A stretch of DNA of 63,718 bases, counting the filler, from Craspedostauros australis (taxonomy: Eukaryota), in the NCBI GenBank assembly GCA_030167865.1. It is 5 parts of 5 records of this genome, joined end to end, with 100 filler letters (N's around TTAATTAATTAA, not from the genome) between each part and the next. Parts side by side here need not be neighbours in the genome. Positions count along the whole stretch, not along the records: positions 1 to 30,927 come from JALAGF010000312.1; 4 more parts are not named here. One strand, written 5' to 3'. This document shows, one piece after another, positions 10,501 through 21,029 of this stretch. The notes beneath the pieces were generated by a model that was not told where the DNA came from, ran no database searches, and saw nothing but the letters and a program-made list of their open reading frames with translations. Within the stretch, counting starts at the first letter, position 1. Each line of letters begins with the position of its first letter. The position numbers were made by a program, and so were the translations under genes.

Positions 10501-12548
10501 GATGTCAATGTGCTTTTCTCGCTTGTCTCCTTACTCGTCCGATGCTTCCCAAGACATTGTATAACTTGCGGGAGCCGCAGTTCTTTTGACTCTACTCGAC
10601 GAGTACTCATCCAGCTGTTGTCGTTGTCGTAGTCATTGTTGATCTGGAGTTGATTTGTGCCGTTCTTGTTATTGTCCTGGTTGGATCAAAGTACACGGTT
10701 TTGCACGTGATGACTGCCACCTTCTTTCACACCAACAACAAAATTGCATTCATACCCTTCCGATGGTTCGTACCACACGCTGTGAATCCTCCATTTGGCT
10801 TGCATGTACGCTGGGTATACGGCTTCAGGGTGTCATTGCTCTTCGTTGGATTCGGATTCGGATAATCTTTCACGCTGCTCCGGAGAGAACTTCGCTGCAC
10901 AGTTTCGAGGAGGGTACTCGTGCGAGCGAGCTGGTTGGCGCCAACGAAGATGATGCGGACTGAAGAGCTGCAGACCACGAGTACGAACATGTTTGGTTGA
11001 TTGGTTGGACATCAACCGTGTTTCCATCGTCGCGAGGCTCCGGCAGCTTCGCGCAACAGTTCGGGACGATGCGAGTTCCTTGATGTCAGTTGTCACATCA
11101 GACAACTGCGCCATTGACACCCGTGCATTTGCACAAAGCATAACACGTTCCTTGTACGCAGGTCGGAAAGGGGAGGTGTCAACCACGAGGCCATTCAAAC
11201 CTCTCTTGCATTTGCACCTGTTGAGACTCTCTTCGAGAGCTTCTGGCATGCGGACTGAATTGGAGGATTGCGGACGCCTGCATGGCATCCTATGCGGACT
11301 GAGATCGTGATGGCTCATCGTATCGTATCGGGATTGCATGGCTTGATTGCAAACTTGATTGATTGAGTGCTTGATTGATTGATCGCTCATGGAGATCGAA
11401 TTCGACAAACAACCAAAGCGAAACAAGCGACTGTCTCTTCGAAGAGAGAGAGAGAGTGAGTGAGTCCCCGTTCCCAACACACTCTCATCATTGGTGGGAT
11501 GGTGGGTTGGTGATCTCTCTGCGATGTCCGTATCCTCTTCTCACATGCCAACCCCACGTTCAGAAGTATAATAGATAACTAGTGCAGACCGGCACCCTCG
11601 ATGTCACGGATGCGAGCTTTGAGTGGAGTAAAGAAGCGTCGTGCTTCAAACCCATGCATGCTGCTTCGGATTCAATCTCATCGTACTCTTCCGTTTCCTC
11701 CCAACAACGGTTCATGTTCCCACGATCTGCGCAACTCCGAGTATGTTGTATAGGTCGTAGGTCGACTAGAGTACTGGTGCCAAACACATCCCGGATTCGA
11801 TCAGAACGTTCACACATGTCCATGTTCAACTGCGACACCCAACCATGATCTTCAAGACATCTTCAAAGAGGAGAGGAACTTGAGTCAGAATTCGACAGCA
11901 GAAACAAGCAGTCTGTGGCAAGCTGATGGCTTGTTGGTCCTTGGTTCGCATCGGACGGTCGATGTTCTGAAACACGTCTGTCTCCGGCGGCGATGTTCAT
12001 GCTCAGAGTACTTACTTATGTTAGGCGAGTGATGCTAACATTGTTCTTGCATGCAAGGGCCTGCCACATCGACGACCATCATCGAACTCTCTGCGATGGG
12101 CCATCTCTGTCTGTCTGGATGAGACGGTGTGGGAAAGCGGTCCCTGGAATGGACAACTGAAGCAACCTCATCACTCTGGTCGTGCTCCGGCAACCGCGTA
12201 TGATTGGTGCGTGTGTGTGTACGAGTATAGATGTGCATTGGACACACGCCAGATAGTCCTGTATGGTACACGTTCGACGCTTCGGAAAGCAGAATGGGTT
12301 GGACGTCTTTTCTCGATCTACACAATCTTGCACCAATGTCGGAAAGGTGCGAGTGAGGCCGACTGTTGCATCTACACACGAGTACTTACTCTACTCTATC
12401 CCTACTCGTACTCGCGCTCGCATTCGGACTCCCACTCCCACTCGCAGCACAGCAAACACCTCATTCATACCTTGCTTCAGAGTACTCTCTGCTCGACTTG
12501 ACCACATGCGGGCGTGTGTTCTGAGAAAGATGCATCGAGAAGTCTCCT

Positions 12549-13385
12549 CTACGTCTTCAATTTGATCTGCTTGATGAATTCCACGGACGACGCCGGCGGG
12601 ATGAATCGAAATGGCGGTGCCTCGGGATCCGTGGCAAGCAGCTCGACGGCATCCACCAACGAGATCCCCACAACCTGAAACTCGGCAGCCTCTTCCGCTG
12701 AGACGCCGCTTTCCTCGATCACGCGTCGTACCGCATCCTCCGCTTCCGATCGCACAAGGAACAGGGGCAGGCTGTCTCCGTCCTCGTCTTCCTGCATGAT
12801 CTGCATGCACCCGAACAGCGGAACGGGTTGATGATCCGCCACCGTGCCCGGCTCCGCACCCGCATCGACCAGGCTGGCTTCGGAGGCCAGCAGATTGGCG
12901 CGCTCCAGCATGGCCTGCTCCAGGATGTCGCCCATCGGAAATGGCAGCGTGCGCAGATCAGCATCCTCCTTGGCCCGCACGCACGCCCTCTGCGCATCGA
13001 CCGCATCACACCAGAAGGATGACGGACGGCCATCCACCTCCGCGATGGGCACACCCTTGTCGGTGACGGTGGCGAACACCGGGAGGTTGTTGAGGCTCTC
13101 CTTGATCGATGGCCATTTCTCGGAGGACAGAATGGCCGCAACATCCGTCGTCGTCTGTTCCGATTCGTCATCGTTGGGCATTGATCGCACAACTGCCTGT
13201 CTGGCCGATTGCCTCTTTCGTCGATTGGCTGAAAAGCCTGAATGTACGAGCACTTGCATCGACGCCCTGACATCGACGCTGCTTCGTTGATGTCTGCATC
13301 TCGCAGGACTCACTGACAACAGAGCCGATGCATGCATTGTTCGCAAGAGCAATACGAGAAGTGTCGTCCAGGCAATCCTTGACAT
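12549..13385 (-). CDS. TIC22: Tic22-like plastid intermembrane-space import chaperone
   Basis: 278 aa. Signal peptide ending ASA-L plus a Ser/Arg-rich transit peptide. Tic22 pattern LNNLPVFATV...VPLF...LPLFL...FQVVGISL...FRFIPP. Confidence 0.78.
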   Translation of the reverse strand: MSRIAWTTLLVLLLRTMHASALLSVSPARCRHQRSSVDVRASMQVLVHSGFSANRRKRQSARQAVVRSMPNDDESEQTTTDVAAILSSEKWPSIKESLNNLPVFATVTDKGVPIAEVDGRPSSFWCDAVDAQRACVRAKEDADLRTLPFPMGDILEQAMLERANLLASEASLVDAGAEPGTVADHQPVPLFGCMQIMQEDEDGDSLPLFLVRSEAEDAVRRVIEESGVSAEEAAEFQVVGISLVDAVELLATDPEAPPFRFIPPASSVEFIKQIKLKT

Positions 13386-13871
13386 CCTTCTATCTCAATG
13401 TATTCGATGTTCTATTGTACAATAGCTGCTGATGATCGTTGCCCTCATTGGTGATCTGCTCTGCAGATGCGCCTTGTGGAATTCCCAAACGTTGATGTGT
13501 TGTGTCGTGTTGTGATGCATGATGATCTGTGATGATGTGCAGTGATGTGTGGCTGCACCGAAAGATCCTGGATTCGGTATCTAATGGTAGCGTCAAGCGT
13601 GTTGCAAAACAAGATGTTTGCGCATTCAGCCCAGAAAATGAAGAACAAGCCATCCACGCTACCTACCATGACAGACGGACTCTCCGCCGTGAAAACAAGT
13701 CTACTTGCACAGGTTCGTAGTCGTACAAGTTATTGCACGTTTTGGCACATCATTCATTCCATTAAGGGTACGAGCCATGCAGTTGCTATACTCTGCTCTG
13801 TTTCGTATAATAGTATTATATTTGCCTTGCTACCAATGCGAGTTGTGCTCGTTTGGTGTGCGACCGCCTCG

Positions 13872-16800
13872 TCACCTGTGCTGCATCTGGGCTTCGAAGT
13901 GGGTGAGATCCTTCGCGATCGTGGAGAGCTCCTCCTCAAGCTGAGTGTGGACAGACTGCAGATTGCAACGCTCTGCATTCCACTTGGCCCTGTCCTGATG
14001 GTGCCGATGGTTCTTTCGCTCGACGTCCCCCGCGAGCTGCTTGTACCGGTCGGCCAGCTTCGAAGCCTTCTCCTTCGTCTTGCCGTTCTTTTGACGGAGC
14101 TGGACGATCACCTGCGCCTGGCGTTTGTAGCTGGCCTCCCACTCATCGCACTTCGACGACAACTTCTTGATGTACTCCCTCAGTCGGCTGCACTTGGCAT
14201 CCAACCCACCGATCTTTTCCTCCAGCTTCTGCAATGCGCCATTCTTCGACTCCAGTTCGCAGCGGTGCTCAGCCAGCTCCTGCCCGGCACTGGACAGCGC
14301 TCGCTTCGTGAGACTCAGCTCCGACCGGGTTCTCTCCAGCATCTCCTGCACCGCACTGTGTTCATGCTGCAGCGTCTCCTTCTCGGTGCGGCTCCCGTGC
14401 AGCTGGCTTTCGAGGGTGCCGATGTGCTTATGCGCCTGCTCCTGCTCCGACTGCAGAATCTGGGTGGCCTGCGACAGCTGTTGGATCTGCCCGGCGGATC
14501 GATTCATCTCCTCCTCTGCCTGTTGCAGCAGCGACAGCAGCTTCGCTGTTTGCTCCTGCTCTTGCTTCAGCTGGACATGGTAGCTCGCCTGCACCTCGGT
14601 CAGCTTCTTGGCCTCCGCCGACAGCACTTCGTCGCGTTCCGTAATGATTTCATTGATCTTCATCTGAGCCTCGTGCAGTTGCTGCGTTGCCTTCGACTTC
14701 AGGTCGCTGTAAGACTTGCTCGTCAGCTTCAGCTCCTCCTCCACTCTGCTCAGCTTCAGCTTCAGATCGGTTCGATCCCGTTGAGCCTCGTCGAGCTTCA
14801 TCTCGATCTCCAGAACTTGATCTTCCGTGGACGAGATGATGCGCTGCTTGTCGTCCTCCACCTGCTCCATCTCGGCCCGAAGTTCTGTAATATGCTGGCT
14901 AGCCTCAGAAAGCCTGCCAGCGGTCGTGTTGTACGAAGCACGCAGCCCCTCAACCTCAGCCTCGGCCTGCGACAGCGTCGTTCGCAAAAGCTCGATTTCT
15001 GCCGTCTTCTGCTTCTCCAAATCCATCTGCTGGTTCTTGAATGTCACCAGCAAGTCTTGCTGCTTCGATTGCAACGCTCTCACCTCCATGGCCTTCTCCG
15101 CCACCACCTCGCTCAGTTTGCTCTGTTCCGTCACCGCAACCTCGATGCGCCCTTCCAAAGTCTCGTTGTTGCGGATGGCGTCTCCCAGCATGGATTCGCA
15201 CAGCACCTTCTCTTGCTTCAGCTGAGACAGCGCACTGTCCTTCTCCAACCCATCCTTCACGCTGGCCTGTCTTGCTGATTCTGTATCCTCCAATCGCGAT
15301 TCCAGGAATCGCACGGTCCCCATCTTGTCTTCCAGCTCCGTCTGCAGCTGAGTCTTCTCAGCCGCCTGTCGCGATGATGCCAGGCACAGCCGGGCATTCT
15401 CGGCTTCCAGGTCTCGGTAGGTGGCGGTCTGTTCCTCGATGTCGCTTAGAAGCTTCTTGCGCTCTTCATCGTAGCTGGATTGGAGCTCCATGAGGCGGTT
15501 TCGAACCTGCTGACACTCCTTCAGAGCGGCTTCCAGTGGGATGCGATATTGATCGGCAATTGCTGTTGTGTTGGTGGTCATGGTGGTCATGATGGAACCG
15601 TTCACGTCGCACGTGGGTTCGTTCAGCAATCTGGAGATGCTGTCGAGAGAATCCGACTGGTTTAGGCAACTGTCGTCTTCGAAGCAGTCGTCCTGATTCG
15701 GTGGCATCGTCGGTCTACTCGTATTCGCGTTCATGGGTGACAGCATCGCGTGCGTCGACAACGAAGACGGTGAGGTGGAAAGTCTTGTCGATGTCGGCGT
15801 GGATGTGGATGGTGCAAAAGCGACACGATGTGGCGAATCCTTGGGATCACGCCCATCATCCACCGATAGCTCGAACGAAGGTCTGGCTTCCTCCATCAGC
15901 TCCAAGCGAGTGTCCTCTTCTCTGTTCATGCTGGGAGCATTGGCATCGATAGTGGCATCCATCATGCGATGTGACACCGACGTGGATGGCCGATCTCCAC
16001 GATCCTGCACCTGTGTGGAGACGGAGTCGCTCTCGAAGTGCAACGATGATCGAAGAAAAGCGACGGCCTCAACGAGGCGCTCCAAGCGGGTGGCATAGCA
16101 GTCCGTCACATCCTTCACTTGCTGGTCCAGACGCTGGTATTGCTGCATAATGCGTTGCAAACCGTTACGCAAGATCTCTGCCACGGCGCGCTGGTCTTGC
16201 TGGTGTGCCGCATGCGCCTCGTTCTGCACCTGATTACTCGGATTGCTTGAACGTTCTCTGATCAGCTCTTCCGACTGTCGCTTCATGGATACGAGGGACG
16301 ATCTTGCATCAGCAAGCTCTTGTTGCAGCTCGAGAACTTTGTATTCCGACGGTTGGTGTTGCTTCGACGCCGTTGCGGCCAGTTGCTTTTCGTAGAGGTT
16401 CTGGACATGGTGGAGATTCCTTCGCTCGGATTCGAGGGAAGACTTGACATCGTGGAGCTCCACCTGCACGTCGGACAGCCGTCGTTGCAAATGAGCTGAC
16501 TCGGATCTGTCCGAATCGATTTCTTCGCGCATCTCCGTCTTGAGCTTGTCATTCTCATCTCGTGATGCTTGCAGCTGCAACCTGAGGCGCTTGCTGTCAG
16601 CCTCGGCTCTCTGTGTTTTGCTCCGGAGAAGCTGGACCTGTTGCTGCAGCTCCTCGGCGAGGTTGTAGCTGTCCTGCGAATCGAATGTCTTTGATACCTT
16701 GATGCTGGCGAAGGATTCATCCTTCTTTTCTTCCACTCCGTCGTTGAGACCCCATCGCCTCTCAATGTTGCTGTTGGCATCCTGAGACGTGCTGGTGTCG

Positions 16801-19550
16801 GTGGTCGGTTTGGTCTCGAGCACGTGATTGCCCTGAGCAATAGCACCGAGCTCCATTTGGATTTCATTGAGCACGTCCTTGATGGTTGCCCCGTCCACAG
16901 AGTTCTCCTTGATACGGTTGATGGTGGTGCGGGCGTGTTGCAATTCGGTCGACAGGCGTCTGATTTCCGCATCTTTTTCCTCGATGGCTTGTGCACTCAT
17001 GGTCGTTTGGGCCTGCCGGGAGGGCTCTTCAGCGCGCGATTCATCCCAAGAACTGTGGGTATCTTCATTGGCGTTGCCTCTGCCGTTGCCACTGCCGTTT
17101 GTGATGCGTAGTCGGTCCAGCTTGCCGTCGATGCGCCGATCATCTTGCCCTTCGAGCTGCCAGTTGTCTTGATTGTGCTGAGTAACCTGAAGCTGGTCCT
17201 TCAGGATCTCGATCTGCGCTTGCAGTGCCGTGTTTTGCGTGCTCAGCTCCATGCACGTCTGATCACTGAACCGGACCTCCTTGACCAAATTCTTGTTGCG
17301 TTCCAACAAGGTGGTGATGGGGTCGTCGGGCATGCCAACATGAGCGCTTGCACGTGGTGTCGTGCGTTGGTGGTGCAAGGCGGTTTGCAATTGCTCCACT
17401 TTGGCTTGCAGCTGAGATTGGACCGTGTCGGACGCCATGTTCTGCGCCTTCAGGGTGGATTCAAGAGCCCCGATGCGAGTCATGTACTCCAGCTCTTTGC
17501 CGTGGATGTCGCCATCGCCATCTGATGCTGCTGGTTTGGCAACAAGCTGAAGCTGACGATTCTGGTGGTCGTCCGCTGCGTTGGACGCGTCGAGTGGCCC
17601 GGTGATCGCCAATTGGTTCGCGATTCGCCGCTCTGCTCTGAAGTCTTCCACAGCCACACTTCGTGAATCTTGCAGTGACGCAAGGGATAGCTGTGTATCG
17701 GTACCGGTCACATTCGAATCATCCCTGGATCGCCGATCTGCGACTGACTCGTTGGTGTTGCGGTTGTGACTGTGATAGGCATTGGCATTGGCATTGCCAT
17801 TGCCGGCACTGGGATTGGTAACGTTGTCAAAGGTGCTTTGGTTGTCCAGAGGGTGGCCGAGCTCTGCTTGTTTGTCGTTTCCAACTCCGAAGAACGAATG
17901 GTCTCCATTGTCATTCTCATTGCCATCGCACTCGTAGCGAGTGAAACTGTTTTGTTGCACGACATCCTCAATGGCACGATGAATGATGTCCGACGCGAGC
18001 GTGTCATCATTGTCGCTGCCATAATTGCGATCATCCGACGATATGATCGAACGATGGAGCAACGAATTCTGGTTGTCGTAGTGGTGCGAATGGTTCATGA
18101 ACGAGTTTTGCGCACTCGCATGTCCATGCGAACGGTGGTGCTCTTGCGTGCTCGGTTGGTGCCACACGGATGCGGATTGGTTCTCGCTGTCTTCTTCTGG
18201 GAACGAGAGCAACGCGGAGTCTGGGCTTGGCTCATCGCTATGACCTCCGGTGCTTTTAGTGCCCACGTCACCGTTGCTGACATTGTGATTGGGTGTGTTT
18301 GGATCGGATCGAAAGATTTGATGCCCGTTGGCGTACTCCTGCATGTCGTGGGAATCATCTTGGATCGGCGCGAGGAATGAACGGGTCATGAATGATCCGT
18401 TGTAGTCGATAAGCGATGCGCTGGCATCATCAGGCACGTCGCCGCCAGCTCTCTGGCTGTGCGGATGTTCGAATCGAGAATCATGGATTGAAGCTTGTGT
18501 TGTCTCAAGCTGCGATTCATTCACCGGCTGGAAATCGCTGAACCCCAGCGCATCATCCAACGAGGATTTGGGACGATCCATAGTCGACGAATGCTGTGTT
18601 CTGGCGACCATCGGTTCATGCTGATCTTGATTCTGATTCTGCATTGGAGAGGATGAATGTGCGGCGAAGCCTTGGTTGGCTTTTCCTTGCTGCTTCGTTG
18701 CATCGCGATTGCCGTTGATGTTGGGGTGAGCATTCTCGTTGTTGCTGACCTTGTCTTGTTGGTATGCGCCCCTCCCTTGCATTGTCGAATGCGGTGCTTC
18801 GTTGGTTGTGGAAATGTGAGGCGGGATGGATGCAGATGCAGATGAATCCGAAGATGATGCCTCAATTCTATGGTACGGTTGGTGATGTCCATCCCCATGT
18901 TCGTGTCCTTGATCATGGCGATTCGTGCTGGTGCGATTGTAGTCCACAACCGAGTTGGAGTAATTCTCCATCATCGCCCAGTCCACAGGTTGCGAAGCTC
19001 TGGGGGTGAGTATGGCCGGCACCGTGCTTTCTTCCACCACAAGCGTCGGACGTCCGTTGCTGATGCGTGACATCCATGGAGATCCTCCATCCTCATCGTC
19101 GCTCATCGTCACCGTGATCCGCAGATCCCGAGGGGCTGTATTGGTGCTCTTGACGATGGTGCTTCTGGGTGCTGGACCCGACGTCTGGCTTCCGCCATCG
19201 ATGCGATCCTTCAAATGACCGCCCCCATCCATCTGGCTCAGCGCATTGCCATCATCCGGTGGGATCATGTTTGGCGGCTGGCCGTCTGCTGTTGTTGCTG
19301 GTGCCACGACCGTCATCTGGGTTGTCACGAGTGGCGAGCCCGATCGCTTCTTCCCCTTCGCTGGTGACACATGCTTGGCCTTGTCCTCTGCATCGAGTTG
19401 CGCCTTGAGCTGCTGCCGCTCCTTGATTCGTTGCCACACCTTGATTGCCTGCGCTTTGGACCGGTGCTGCCTGGACCACGTGTGCTGGGATGCTGCGCCT
19501 GGGTTGGTGCCGATGCCCGACGTCTGCGTGACCATCTCTGCCTCCATCAT
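13872..19550 (-). CDS. Large protein (~1890 aa) with disordered N-terminal half and long C-terminal coiled coil; possibly cytoskeletal/MTOC; function unknown
   Basis: Uninterrupted 2011-codon ORF. Likely start is the MMEAEM ATG at 19550, since the upstream part looks UTR-like. E/Q/K/L heptad-rich C-terminal regions. Confidence 0.8.
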   Translation of the reverse strand: MMEAEMVTQTSGIGTNPGAASQHTWSRQHRSKAQAIKVWQRIKERQQLKAQLDAEDKAKHVSPAKGKKRSGSPLVTTQMTVVAPATTADGQPPNMIPPDDGNALSQMDGGGHLKDRIDGGSQTSGPAPRSTIVKSTNTAPRDLRITVTMSDDEDGGSPWMSRISNGRPTLVVEESTVPAILTPRASQPVDWAMMENYSNSVVDYNRTSTNRHDQGHEHGDGHHQPYHRIEASSSDSSASASIPPHISTTNEAPHSTMQGRGAYQQDKVSNNENAHPNINGNRDATKQQGKANQGFAAHSSSPMQNQNQDQHEPMVARTQHSSTMDRPKSSLDDALGFSDFQPVNESQLETTQASIHDSRFEHPHSQRAGGDVPDDASASLIDYNGSFMTRSFLAPIQDDSHDMQEYANGHQIFRSDPNTPNHNVSNGDVGTKSTGGHSDEPSPDSALLSFPEEDSENQSASVWHQPSTQEHHRSHGHASAQNSFMNHSHHYDNQNSLLHRSIISSDDRNYGSDNDDTLASDIIHRAIEDVVQQNSFTRYECDGNENDNGDHSFFGVGNDKQAELGHPLDNQSTFDNVTNPSAGNGNANANAYHSHNRNTNESVADRRSRDDSNVTGTDTQLSLASLQDSRSVAVEDFRAERRIANQLAITGPLDASNAADDHQNRQLQLVAKPAASDGDGDIHGKELEYMTRIGALESTLKAQNMASDTVQSQLQAKVEQLQTALHHQRTTPRASAHVGMPDDPITTLLERNKNLVKEVRFSDQTCMELSTQNTALQAQIEILKDQLQVTQHNQDNWQLEGQDDRRIDGKLDRLRITNGSGNGRGNANEDTHSSWDESRAEEPSRQAQTTMSAQAIEEKDAEIRRLSTELQHARTTINRIKENSVDGATIKDVLNEIQMELGAIAQGNHVLETKPTTDTSTSQDANSNIERRWGLNDGVEEKKDESFASIKVSKTFDSQDSYNLAEELQQQVQLLRSKTQRAEADSKRLRLQLQASRDENDKLKTEMREEIDSDRSESAHLQRRLSDVQVELHDVKSSLESERRNLHHVQNLYEKQLAATASKQHQPSEYKVLELQQELADARSSLVSMKRQSEELIRERSSNPSNQVQNEAHAAHQQDQRAVAEILRNGLQRIMQQYQRLDQQVKDVTDCYATRLERLVEAVAFLRSSLHFESDSVSTQVQDRGDRPSTSVSHRMMDATIDANAPSMNREEDTRLELMEEARPSFELSVDDGRDPKDSPHRVAFAPSTSTPTSTRLSTSPSSLSTHAMLSPMNANTSRPTMPPNQDDCFEDDSCLNQSDSLDSISRLLNEPTCDVNGSIMTTMTTNTTAIADQYRIPLEAALKECQQVRNRLMELQSSYDEERKKLLSDIEEQTATYRDLEAENARLCLASSRQAAEKTQLQTELEDKMGTVRFLESRLEDTESARQASVKDGLEKDSALSQLKQEKVLCESMLGDAIRNNETLEGRIEVAVTEQSKLSEVVAEKAMEVRALQSKQQDLLVTFKNQQMDLEKQKTAEIELLRTTLSQAEAEVEGLRASYNTTAGRLSEASQHITELRAEMEQVEDDKQRIISSTEDQVLEIEMKLDEAQRDRTDLKLKLSRVEEELKLTSKSYSDLKSKATQQLHEAQMKINEIITERDEVLSAEAKKLTEVQASYHVQLKQEQEQTAKLLSLLQQAEEEMNRSAGQIQQLSQATQILQSEQEQAHKHIGTLESQLHGSRTEKETLQHEHSAVQEMLERTRSELSLTKRALSSAGQELAEHRCELESKNGALQKLEEKIGGLDAKCSRLREYIKKLSSKCDEWEASYKRQAQVIVQLRQKNGKTKEKASKLADRYKQLAGDVERKNHRHHQDRAKWNAERCNLQSVHTQLEEELSTIAKDLTHFEAQMQHR

Positions 19551-21029
19551 CTCTGGGGATCTGGGAAGCTCCAATGACTGACGATGCGACCTGCTTCTCC
19601 GTTCGGTAATTGTATGTTGTGTGTTGTATGTCGTATGTTGTGCCGTACAAGGACGAGCTGCAAGTGCAAATGTGCTCGTTCTCACCTGTTGGGTGCAGAC
19701 TCGAGGAGGGTTGTTCTTTGTGAGTTGCAGCAAGTTGCACCTCTTTTTGGCACTTGCGCACTGCATCCCTGGAGACCTCAGCATCCTCCCAGGAGGTGTT
19801 CTGCAGCCGACGGATGGGAGGCCACTCTCCATGGGCAGCAGCAATAGAGCATGAGCTACCAACAAAGACATACATCCACAACAATCACCGCAAACATCCG
19901 CGCTCACAAATCAAAGGAAATGACACCAAACAAACCCACCAAACAAACGCACACAAACACATGAAATTCAAGTGGTTTTTCCATGTGACCGCGCTTGTTC
20001 TGCGACATGCCACTTACGGCATACATTGGCATGCGATTCAAATTTGAAATAAATAGCCAGGTGAGCAGGCAGATTTGTTTCTTACGCAACACAACACTAG
20101 AAGAACACACTAAAGTTATGATAAAGAAAGTCCGCTTTGCAAACAGAGTTGGGACACACTTGATATGAGACCATTGCGGGACTCGGATGTCCGTGTCGTG
20201 TACATGGTATCCGGTACCCCCAAGCAGTATCGACATGAAAGGCTGCTGTGTGCACGGTGTGTAGTTGAACCTACAATCCACACTCGGCTCACCCTCCAGC
20301 TCATGCACTCCTGCCGCCTGTCCAACCCGCCATCTTGCAGAACCTGCGTTTGTTTTAAGCATATCCATGTCATGGATCAAGCTCTGCTCTGCAGATGACA
20401 TCCGTGGATGACTGTGTGTGTGCAGGATTACCACGACATGTCGCTGCACAACAAGAACGGCTGAAGCACGACAGCATGACTCCCTACCTTTTTAGTCGAT
20501 CGTCCTATCAATATCAAGCATAAAACATAAACAGAAGCAATCAGAAACATCTTCACAGCTGTACTCTTCAATTCTACTAAGTTACAACATCGTCTGCGAT
20601 TAGCTTCGCCCTCAACATCACATGGCGCCAAAAACCAGTTGAAGGGCAGGCTCTTTTCTCAACAACGTGCTAAACGGCACGGAATCACAACTAACAGCTT
20701 CATACACTGTTCAACAAACACAATCAGGACTCTCCAAGATTGATTCTCCACCCATCGACATTCGACCATCGTTGATTTGGGACTTTCGTTCCGCCGCGAG
20801 GTTCTTCCACACTACGAGGTTGACTGTTGCCAACGAATCATTCCTGTCTCAGCAGACCCTCATGCGACTACTCGCATGTTGTTGCTATCATATATTGGTG
20901 TGGTGTAATCTGCAATTAATGGAGTGGATTAGCATGCATGGGCATGTCAGAGTAGTCATTCCTAGTCCTACATCCAAATAGTTTCGCAATTGGTATCCTG
21001 ATCACAGTAGCTCGGAGGAGCAGTGCGTT

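Noticed and set aside
10400..12000. Minus-strand ORFs (10727-10990, 10833-11480, 11560-11838) as a gene
   Set aside because: No recognisable motifs and no consistent splice model.
13542..15278. 578-aa Leu-rich plus-strand ORF
   Set aside because: Antisense shadow of the E/Q/K-rich coiled-coil gene. The same applies to 38629-39771, 31454-32368 and 62687-63577.
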